Below are positions 37,097 to 64,000 of a DNA stretch of 64,000 nucleotides, piece by piece. The stretch comes from Salpingoeca rosetta (taxonomy: Eukaryota > Protista > Choanoflagellata). Under the pieces are notes generated by a model. That model was given only the letters and a program-made list of their open reading frames with translations. It did not search any database and was not told where the DNA came from. Each line of letters begins with the position of its first letter. Within the stretch, counting starts at the first letter, position 1. Location: contig JAWQFM010000012.1 of assembly GCA_033442325.1 (NCBI GenBank), forward strand, positions 1,061,714 to 1,125,713, in the 5' to 3' direction. The translations under genes and the position numbers were made by a program.

Positions 37097-38813
37097 GATT
37101 AAGGTTTGTCCACATCATCATCGTCGTTGTCGTCGTCATCATCGTCAGCTGCACCTTACGCATCCATGCCGTTACCCGTCCGCTTGCATGCGCACGTTGG
37201 TTCAGGTGCTGCGGGGCGATTCTGTTCTTCCTCGTTGCGATGGAGACGATGGTGCGGCGGCGCATCAACTTCAACGTGTTCCAGCTCATCAAGCAACGCG
37301 CACAGGGCTACGGCGACCTCCTCAAGTCGTGAGTGGACCGCGCGAACTGCCCCACGCTGCCATCCTGATGGCTGGATTTGGGATGGGAAGGGGTGCGAGG
37401 GTGACTGTGCACTGCTCCTGCGTGTCATGGGAAGAGTGAGGGGAGTGAGGTGACGGTTTGCCCAACTGGGGTGCAGGGCGAATGGCTGATGGTTGAAAGT
37501 TGCGCTTGGTGGAGGGGGGGGGGTACTTTTATCGCGTTTTTGATTCACTCGAGACACCATACATGCTCTTGTGCGCGCACACACACGCACGTACGCAACC
37601 CTTGATCATCACCCATGCATGTTTCTCGCACTTCTATGTGATTCACATGCACACGCTGCTCGCTCCTTCTTTGGTTGCGTGACCCTGTAGTGAACCTCGT
37701 GGTCCCGACGGTGTGCCCCAAAACGTTCGGTTTTGGGTGACGTTTCAGGAAGTGGCACAGAGCATTACGCCACAACTGCAGCACCTCCTCAACTCCATCT
37801 TTGACATCAACGTCCCCAAACGCGCTTCCATCGATGGTTTGTATTGACTGTGGTGGGAGTGTGGATATGTGTGTGTGCGTGCGTGCGTGCGTGTGTGTGT
37901 GTGCGTGTGTGTGTACATGTGTGTGTGCGTGTACATGTGTGTGTGTGTGCGTGTGCGTGTGCGTGTGCGTGTGTAGTCATGACGACACCACAGGTGCCGC
38001 GGCTATTATGTTGGCACATTTCTAGTGCGTCACGTTGCTCACTGTGGCTTCGTTGCGTTCGCTTGCCGCTGAGCAGCTGTTGCTGCGCACGGGTGGTTGC
38101 AGGGCGAGATGGCCACAGATGAGGAGTACTTCCAGGACATGCAGAGCCGTCCAACCACGTGAGGCTTTTGCGTTGTGATTGCACATGCGTTGCCTTACGT
38201 GCTGCGTTATGCCAGCCACATACACGCACCCGCACGCACACGCACGCACTCGGTTCCACTCACTTATCCGCACACTCCAACGGCCGTACACCTCATCACT
38301 CCCTTCCCCCTTCCCTCTCTGTCCTCCTCCTCGTCGTCCGTGCGCGCTGTAGGGCCACGGGACGCGACCGGGTGCTGGACCTGCCGGAACATCTGCACGG
38401 CGACACCGCACAGGCCCTCGACGCCGTTGGTGCGTGGGCTGGCAGTGCTGCTGCTGGCGATTGTGATGGTGGTGATGGCTGTTATGGTGCCTCGGTTGGT
38501 CATCCACCCCCAATTATGTGCGTGTGTGCGGTTGGTTACGCTGTTCCTTCGCTGGGTCTCCGGCTGGCCCTGTCGCTCAACCAAATCTGTGCATTTCCAT
38601 CCACAAACATGAAAATGTTCCCCTCCCCCTCTTCTCCTTGTGGTTGGGACTGCTGCAGAGCAATACCTTGAGCGCACGCTTGACCTGGTGCTGCCAGACA
38701 ACGACGAGAAGTCCCTGCTCCGCGATGGCGCCACGTTTCTCCTGGGCACCCCAAACCTCTTTTCCGTGGAGTTTACAGGCACCGCCCTCAGGTACACGTG
38801 TGTGTGTGTGTGT

Positions 38814-38850
<37 letters not shown>

Positions 38851-39281
38851 GCTGTATGTGTGTGTGTGTGTGTCCTGTATTTCTCTTTCTAGATGCCTAT
38901 GTGAGTGTGTATGTGTGTTTGGCTACGTCATCCTCTGTTGCGTGTCGTTGTGTGCAAGAATTTGACCACAGCCTGCTTGACGTCCTTCCCCGCCCCACTC
39001 CCGCCCCACTCACCCGCCTTTTCCGCAGATGCGTGTGGCTTCGCGGGTCGCTGGAGGACTGGCTGGGCTTCGTGTTCGGTAAGCGCTCCCTTTCAACCTT
39101 TCGAGAGCCAACATTTGCTCAGCCGTCGCTCTCGTGCCACAGCGGCCTTGGCTTGCATGTATCCAGCCTACCCCTCTTTGTTTTCCTCGCTCTCGGTCCT
39201 TCTCCTGCCAGGCTCACACGCGTTTCATCCTGCCTGTGTAACTGATTTGCAGAGCTCAAAGCCCAGCTGCAGCTGTTGTAG
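34888..39281 (+). CDS. Ser/Thr protein kinase (CAMK-like, divergent) with a possible C-terminal KA1-like domain, multi-exon
   Basis: QSGQFGRG loop, VFIK, KEIE, HPNIV, GGELFEYL, FHRDLKLENLVL, DFGTAK, GTLAFH-PPE, DKFDVW. C-terminus FSVEFTGTALR-CVWLRGSLEDWLGFVF-ELKAQLQLL*. Confidence 0.88.
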
Positions 39282-39729
39282 TCTGCTCCTTGCTGAGCAG
39301 TGATGTGACTGTCTTTGGCGAATTGATTCCTCTTGCCTCGCAGTCGTGTTACGTTACATTGCATTGCACCACTTGTGTCTCCATTGCCAGCCGCCACCAA
39401 TGCTGCGCATCCCTCGGCCTCACTCAGGCATCGAACATTCTGCGATTTCATGCGTCGCCTTTTTGTTGTTGTCCCTTGATGACATCATGCGAGCCCCGAA
39501 TGTAGCCACCCGTTCAGTCACGATAAATTGTCAAATCTTCATTTGGTTTGAGAAAGCTGTATTTCATCGTCCTACCTGCCTGCCAAATGTTGCCAACCCC
39601 TTGTTCTGCACGTTGTGGGACATTCTGCATGCCACTCACTTGTCACTGCACTGTGACTATCTCCAGTTACAAGGCATGCTTTCTTCGGAGCTGGATTGTT
39701 GACCCCACTCCATCCTCAGTTGCAAAACC

Positions 39730-48034
<8,305 letters not shown>

Positions 48035-48294
48035 CCTCGAAACTGAGTGCACATGTGTGTATGTGTGTGTGTGTGCGCTCTGTGTGCATGTGCATGTGCA
48101 TGTGCATGTGTATGTGTGCGTGTGTGTACATATTGTGTATGTGCGTGCGTGTGTACTGTATGTGCGTGTTTAGGATGTGCGTGCGTGCGTGTTCTTGTCC
48201 TCTCGTCATCAAATTGTAAGACTGTCGTGACGAGCTGCCTTGAAGATTCGCAACGCGCACAAAAACAGCACAAAAGCGCGCCAGCAACGGTGGC

Positions 48295-54947
<6,653 letters not shown>

Positions 54948-55035
54948 TGAGCACATGCGTGCTATTGCAGGTGCTTGTACAAGTTTGTTTAATGTGAACG
55001 CATGTGCACGGGGTATAATAAACGACACGCCATCC

Positions 55036-55263
55036 GCTCAAGAGAAGAGCAACAACCACGACATGGAGGCTCAAGAGAAGAGCAACAACCACGACATGGA
55101 GGCTCAAGAGAAGAGCAACAACCACGACATGGAGGCTCAAGAGAAGAGCAACAACCACGACATGGAGGCTCAAGAGAAGAGCAACAACCACGACATGGAG
55201 GCTCAAGAGAAGAGCAACCACCACCACATGGAGGCTCAAGAGAAGAGCAACCACCACAGGAGG
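55036..55263. repeat. 33-bp minisatellite, 7 copies (5 exact, 2 degenerate), between convergent genes
   Basis: gctcaagagaagagcaacaaccacgacatggag units start at 55036, 55069, 55102, 55135, 55168, 55201 and 55234, with no spacers. Confidence 0.92.
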
Positions 55264-55272
55264 CACAATTGT

Positions 55273-55342
<70 letters not shown>

Positions 55343-55535
55343 GCACACACACGCACGCACGCACGCACACAAACACACGCACACACACAAACATACACCA
55401 ACATACAACCACGGCTCCCTCCCCCCCCCCCCCCCCCCCCGACACACGAGAAGCACAGCACAGCCTTCACCCTTCACCACTGGGTTTCTTCCTTTTCTGA
55501 GCCCCGCCTCTCTTTTATCTGCAGTCACAGAGCAG

Positions 55536-56318
55536 CTAAGCGCCCATGGGAGAGAGCACGTGCTCAATGAACCAGGAGCGCGAATGCTCGTCGCCCGGCG
55601 TGGATGTGAAGCGGTACCGGCGCACGCTCGAAAACGGGTGCTCCATGCGCGGGTGCAAGGGTCGCATGTCCTCGGTGTTCACGACCTTGAACGTCTCCGT
55701 GACCATGGTCCACACGTCGATGGAGAGGACGGAGTTGGCGTTCCACAAGTCCGCCACGTGCGCGTCGTCCAGGCGCACCTGCTGCACTTCCGCAATGTCG
55801 TACTCAAAGTGCACGGCCTGCATCATCTCCTGCGTGAGGAGCACGTTGTTGGCCACCTCGGGGCCCGCGATGGCTTCCAGCTGACGGATGTCGCGGTCAC
55901 GCACGGCATTTCCAAACGCCGGCAGCGCGAGCTCCACACCTTTGACAAAGTTGTGGGCATCAAACCCGTCCCGGTGCATCTTGGAGAAGAGCGCCAGCGG
56001 CGACAGGTTCCACACCACCTGAAACCCGTTCGATGGCGGTGCACTGCTGCTTGTGGTCGGCAGGAACAGTGGCAGTTGTGATGTTTGCAGCATGTGCTCC
56101 ACTTCTCTGTCACTCAGCTGCTCGGTATCATTGTAATAGCCTGCGGCCCCTTGCCTGGCATGATGCTGATCATCATGATCATCTTGGTGGTGTTGTTGCT
56201 GGTGGTGTGGTTGCTGTTGATGCTGCTCTTGGTCTGGGTTCATCCACCCTCTACTTCTCTTTGGTTCCTTCTCATCTCTGCTGTCCGTGGCACGGCGTGA
56301 CATGCACCTGCGATGCAC

Positions 56319-56362
<44 letters not shown>

Positions 56363-56423
56363 GCGGCGTCACCGCCCTGGCTGCACTGCGGCGCGACGAC
56401 ACCAACAACAGCGCTCGCATCAT
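55536..56423 (-). CDS. Intronless mitochondrial Tim44-like-domain protein (MAIP1/Mba1-like)
   Basis: Presequence-like MMRALLLVSSRRSAARAV...HRRCMSRR. The C-terminal domain FDAHNFVKGVELALPAFGNAVRDRDIRQLEAIAGPEV ... YRFTSTPGDEHSRSWFIEHV resembles the F...F..Ga..a...v ... yeF...W.I pattern of Tim44-like/MAIP1 proteins. Confidence 0.6.
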
Positions 56424-56567
56424 TGCTTGCGGTTTGACTGCGGTTTGTGCTGTTGCGAGCACCCCCACATTTTCCGAATTTCTCGCAAGCAACAAGCAAG
56501 CTGGGCGTGCATGCATGCAAGCACGCAAACCACGCACAACACACCCACAACAACGCACAACAACAAG

Positions 56568-59500
56568 ATGGCGCGTGTTTTGGCTCTCCTCCTCCTCCTC
56601 GTCGCCTTGCTGCTGGTGTCCTTGCCGAATGCCACCGTCGCCAAGAGGTCGCTGGACCGGCGTGGCAGCAGCCGCCGCCATGATTGGGACGGCATCCAGG
56701 AGGAGATCAGCGCGTCTCTTGGAACGGCACGCGATGAGGCTGTGAGGCTTGCTTTGGAACGGCGACACGCCAGCAAGGACAGTGATGAAGTGCGGCGGGC
56801 TCGACGCTCGATCGTCAACGATGACACCGACCTCAGGAGCAACAACGGACACGGGGCCACCACCGTTGGTGTTGCTGAAAACGTGGAAGTGGAACAAGGC
56901 GAATCACGCTTCATGGCCATTGCCATGGGGGTGTGGTCGACAATTGAAGCGATTCAGCAGGCTCCAAAGGCCTCAAACCCATGGACGGACGCTGCGGTGG
57001 CCAACATGAAGATGGCTCAACTCGATGCGCTTTCTCGGACAAGGCGCGACACAAATGCCACATCCTCCTCCGCTAATACAACAACGACGACGTCACCGCA
57101 ACCAGCGGCAATGAGCACGTCTCCATCAACGACAAGCATGGTGCTCAATGGAGCATCCAATTCCACGGGAACATCTATGTTCCCCAATGGAAACGGAACG
57201 TTCCCATCAACCACAGCAGCCATCCCTCCGTTGTCCAACAACACACTTGCTTCAACCACCAGCATGCTGCTGCCAAATGGCAGCGTGGCAACGGGATCAA
57301 CCACACCCATGATCCCAGCAACGACAGCTGCAACAGCTACGTCCACAACGTTTGACTTTTTCAACGGCAGCGCAGCCATGCCCGAGCAATGCCCCAAGCA
57401 AGTGACCAAGGACAATATCGACGAAGCCTTGCAGTGTCTCGTCTCGTAAGTCTTTACTTGCGTGCGTGCGTATGTGTGTGTGTGAGTGAGTGAGTGAGTG
57501 AGTGTGAGTGTGTGTGCGCGCGTATGTGTGTGTGTGTGAGTGAGTGTGTGTGAGTGAGCGAGTGTGAGTGTGTGTGTGGGTGTGTGAGTGTGTGAGTGTG
57601 TGTGTGAGTGAGTGAGTGTGTGAGTGAGTGAGTGTGTGAGTGTGAGTGTGTGTGAGTGTGTGAGTGTGTGAGGGTGTGAGTGTGTGTGAGTGTGTGAGTA
57701 TCTGAGAGTGTGGGTGGATGTGCGTGCGAGCACGTCTGTTTGCGTGCACGTGCATGTTGTGCAATGCTCTCCACGTGTGCTCTTGTTTGTTCAGCGTCCA
57801 GCACACCAATTACCCAGTCCACTCTCTTGTCCTGTCCTTTTGCCTTCAACGATGCCACTGTTTCTCCCTACTCACCGACACACACACACATGCACACACA
57901 CATGCACCCACATGCACACCCACATGCACCCACATGCACACACATGCACATACACATGCCCACACTGCAGCACGATCCTGTCCAGGTTCAATGCAAGTAC
58001 GGAGCTGCCTGCGTTTGGGGAGGCACCGTGGGCGCAGATGCCGCGGCATTACTTCGCGCCCGGGGATGGTTCAACCGCGTACTTGCAGATCTTCGGGCCC
58101 GACCTGGCAGAAATGCTGTTTCAGACATACCTCGACCTGGGCTTCATCCGAGTTGGCCAGAACATTGAGGTGTACACCTTCCGCTACCAGGAGCACGTGG
58201 TGCTTGGTCTCGGCGTGTTTCCAAACGGCGAGCTCCTCGAGCTCCTTGGCACCGTCCCCTTTGACGCCCTCTTCCGCGTGCAGGCGGTCCTGTTCGAGCC
58301 CGTGTGCTTTGGGCCGTATGACGACTTTGGCTACAGCCACGACATGGAGGTCGCCGTGCAGAGCGTCAACGTCACCCTGTTCGGGGTGCCCATCACCATC
58401 GCCTACAGCGTGTACCTGCATCCTTGCGCCTGCGCAGATGCGCCAGCCAGCGCCTGCGAGCACCTCACGGGCCCTCTCCGCAACACCCTCTCCATGAGCG
58501 AGGAAACAGTCATGGACAAGGACGCCATCAGCCAGTGCACACAGGACTGGGGAGACCTCCTGAATCAGCTGGTCAAGGTTGCAGCCATATTCTTCGGTGT
58601 CCTTCTCGTCCTGGAGCTCCTTCTCAACGCTCGCATCCTCCCGTGGCACACGTCAACTGCCAAGGCATACACGTTGATGTTCGGCTTCTTCGACGTCACC
58701 TCCGCCCCCATTGCGCTCCTGCACAACCAGACATCGGCCTTCCCCTTTGTCTGCGTCGCCTGCGCCACAAGCCTCACGTTGTCCAGCGCCGTCACCAGCG
58801 GCATCGACTACGGCTTCCTCCTCATCCAGATCCTCGTGACCTTGCCCTTGTTCCTGTGCATCACGTCGCGCCAGCGGCTGCTGTGCTACTTCTTCGGCCT
58901 CGCGTACACGCTCGTGTTTCTCGTCGCCAGCCTGACCTGGGTCGACTGCCTCTCGGGCCACGAAAACGCCATCATCCTTTCCACCCTCATCCACATCATC
59001 GGCCTGCTGCTCCTGGCATGCTGGTTCGCCGTCAACATCTTCCTCCGCGCCCGCGCCTGGTGGCGCCACTTCAACCACCATGGGCCCGCCCCTCTGAACC
59101 CGGCGCAGCAGGACCTGGCCTTGCTCGATCGCAGGGACTATGTCCGCATGCTGCTTGCAGGGAACAAGCCAACCAAACAAGAGGAGAAGGCCATCGCCGG
59201 ACCCAAAGCGATCGTGCACGCGCTGCTTGGCCGCAACAACTACCGCGTTCCAAACCGCCTGCTGGTGGCCATCACCATCATGAACGCCGTTATCATCTCC
59301 CTGCTCCCGCCGCTCGTGGTGCAGTTCAAATACGTGTCCAAGTTCATCGAGGGCCTCATGTCTGGCTTCCACTGCTGCGAAGGCGATGCATGCACGCGCC
59401 TGCCCAACTACGACCGCTACCTGCTCGACGCCTTTGTCGTCGGATCGCCCTGGCAGTTTGGTGACGGCGCGCACTGCCCGCACGAGCAGACCATCGTCCG

Positions 59501-60995
59501 CCTCACCATTCACATTGGCCTATCCGTGTGCACCGTGGTGGCTGCCCTGATCATCATGGCCACGTCTCTGCGCATGGTGGTCGTGTACCGGCGTCGCATG
59601 CTGCGCATCTACGCGGGCGACCTCTCCTCCCTCCCCACCAGGCCCCCTGTCGTGTCCAAGCTGCTCGGCTCCACCCTCAAGTTTGTCGGCACGCTGGTCG
59701 CCCTCAACGCGGGCGCCTTTGTCATGCTGGCCGTTGTGCTGTGCACCACGGTGCTGTTCCTCCTCTTCAGCACCATCCTGCCCATTGCCGGCGTGTACGA
59801 CGACTGGTTCTGGTCGTGGATATTTCAGGTGCTGATCTGGAACCAAGGGTCCAACACGCCCGGTGTCCTGGTCTCCCTCGCCATCAACTACTTTGTCATC
59901 TACGTCATCATCGCGCTGCTGTTCGTCACCTCCAAGACACGCCCCAGCATCAAGCGCCACGGCTTCTTCAAGCTGGTGGATCTCTTTGAGATGTACCTGT
60001 ACTGCTTCAACTCCATCATCGGCCTCCTCACCCGCATCGGCATGGGGTTCCTCTTCCAGGTCATCCTCATCTCGCGCGCAGACCACATCATGTTCCCCAA
60101 GGGCTGCGAGAGTTACGATGGCGCGTTCGGCGCATACACCGCGTTTATGCTGTTTGACGAGTACTACAGCCACCCGGTCTTTCTCACCGCCAACTGGCTT
60201 CTCCTCGCGTCCGCTCGCCCCGACCTCATACAAGCCAACAACCACCCACCAGCACCCACGCTTGGTGGGAAGCTCAGGTGCCTGCTTGGCCTTCGCCATG
60301 AAGACCGACAACAGCGCCAGCAGCAGACACACTTGCTTGGTGCTGGCAGTGGTGATAGTGCTCGTGATGGTGACGACGGTGGTCATAGTGCTGGTAAAGG
60401 TGTTGGTCATGGTGATGCGCTTGACCTGGGTGGAAACCTCAACACGCACGACTCGACAACGGCACTGGTGGACGAGGCGGCGGAGGTGGACATTGAGGCG
60501 CTGGAGAAGAAGGAGGCCCCCAGCGGTGAGGCAACAGTGTACGTGCGCACGCGTCGCACGCGCAGGAACATGTGGCTGTTGCTGGTGACGCTCGCAAACA
60601 ACCCATCCCTCAAGAAACTGCGCGGCCACGCCATCGAAGCGGCCCGGGAGGAGCAGAAGAAGAAAGGGGAAAAGGAGGAAGAGATGAAGAAGAAGGAGAT
60701 GAAGAAGAAGAAGGAGAAGAAGAAGAAGAAGGAGAAGAAGGAGAGGGAGAAGGAGAATGCGGAGACTCCAAGGAAAAGTGCCGAGGAGAGAGACGAGCGT
60801 TACCACCGGTATGCCAACCCCATGTTTGAGTATGAGGAGAGGATTGATGTCGATGATGAAGCGTGGCGGGGTCTGGGGCGCAGTGGCAATCGCGATGATG
60901 ACGATGATGATGGTGATGGCGGCGCTGCTGGCGCGCAATACCTTCAATTGGAAGGCTTTGATGGCAACGAGGACAGCAACAGCATCTCTGTGTGA
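56568..60995 (+). CDS. STRA6/STRA6L (RBP receptor)-family multipass membrane protein with a long N-terminal ectodomain (~1295 aa; exons 56568-57445 and 57986-60995)
   Basis: Signal peptide MARVLALLLLLVALLLVSLPNATVA; in-frame GT-AG splice; about 9-11 hydrophobic segments. STRA6 signatures ISRADHIMFPKGCESYDGAFGAYTAFMLFDEYYSHPVFL (compare ...DxSLLPxxxxxxDxGYxxYxxFLxxExxxSHP) and RRNMWLLLVTLANNPSLKKLR (compare RARWGLAYTLLHNPxLxxFR); also DYVRMLL. Confidence 0.85.
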
Positions 60996-61426
60996 AAGAA
61001 AGCATTTGGATGTAGAAGAGTTGAGGGTGTTTTGTGTGTGTGTGTGTGTGTCTGTGATTGTTTGTGAGTACATGCATGCACGTGGATGTGAGCAGGTGAG
61101 AGGATGTGAAGGAGAGTGTGCGTAGGAATGTGCATGTGTTTATCTGTGTGCGTTATGAGAGATCGAGACCTGATTTTTTTCTTTTTGAGCCTTTACTGTT
61201 ACAATGTTTACTTTGTGTTACGTTGTTGCTTCTTTGCTGAAGAGGTGCGAAGGGTGTACAAGGAAATGGGAGTAGCATTGCTGACTGAATTGCTTGCTTC
61301 ATGACACCTACCTTGCTTGCTTGTAGTTGTGTGCTTGTGAGGAGACCTTGAGGACTTTACCATGTTGTTGTTTGACTTTGAGTAGCTGAGTGTGGCCTTT
61401 TATTACAAACGCACAATGACACACAG

Positions 61427-61500
61427 GAAGGAAAGAAGGAAGGAAGGAAGGGAGGAAGGAAGGAAGGAAGGGAGGAAGGAAGGGAGGAAGGGAGGAAGGG
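61427..61500. repeat. (GGAA/GGGA)n purine-rich tetranucleotide repeat downstream of the GT32 stop
   Basis: Visible ggaaggaaggaagggagg tract. Confidence 0.85.
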
Positions 61501-61539
61501 TACGCGGGATGTGTTTCTGCGTCACTTCAACGACAATAG

Positions 61540-63644
<2,105 letters not shown>

Positions 63645-64000
63645 CGTTGTCAGCGTGTCCGGAAAATGCAGTGGTGAGGGTGATGAGCGTGTGGGTTGCT
63701 GGTGCTGATCACATGTACGTGTGTGTATGTGTTGTGCGCGCCTGATGCTTTTGTTTACTACTCATTCAAGCAACGGCAGCAGTAGCATGGCAGAGAACAT
63801 GGCAGAGAACATGGCAGAGAGCAGTCAGATCGGAGCGGCCTTCTTTGCTCGCCTGCATCAAGTCAGTCGGTTGTTGTGCGTGCGAGTGTCAGTTAGGGGG
63901 GGGGGGCGGTATGGCGTGGTATGGCGTGGTATGGCGTGCTTTGGTCGCATACACACACATACATACATACATTCACAGGCACACACACACAGACAGGCAC

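Noticed and set aside
55036-55263. CRISPR-like array
   Set aside because: The units are head-to-tail with no unique spacers, there are no cas genes, and the context is eukaryotic.
55002-56081. 359-aa plus-strand ORF spanning the minisatellite
   Set aside because: It is a composite of tandem repeat, CA microsatellite and the antisense of the Tim44-like gene.

Overview
This is eukaryotic, intron-rich, gene-dense DNA. GC-rich exons are separated by short GT-AG introns full of (TG)n/(CA)n microsatellites. The style and gene content (receptor-SH2 protein, ANK-ClpB/Skd3, Neverland-type Rieske desaturase) point to a choanoflagellate, probably Salpingoeca rosetta-like; this is an inference. I can support 13 spliced or single-exon genes. 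In order: the 3' end of a transmembrane (TM) protein; a ~3350-aa Cys-rich/Ig-like receptor with two cytoplasmic SH2 domains; VPS37A; Neverland/DAF-36 sterol 7-desaturase; SPC24; CLPB/Skd3; a GH37 trehalase; a divergent Ser/Thr kinase; a receptor with a bacterial-type periplasmic-binding sensor, an apparently intact kinase and a guanylyl cyclase; DNA polymerase eta; a Tim44/MAIP1-like protein; a STRA6-family membrane protein with an extra cleavable ectodomain; and a GT32 glycosyltransferase. I saw no rRNA, tRNA, CRISPR array or transposon. The most interesting items are the STRA6-like receptor, the PBP-kinase-cyclase receptor, the kinase-less SH2 receptor with Crk/Nck-type docking motifs, and a recurring intron layout with (UG)n after donors and (CA)n before acceptors. 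Gene models were spliced by eye and family calls come from remembered motifs, not database searches.
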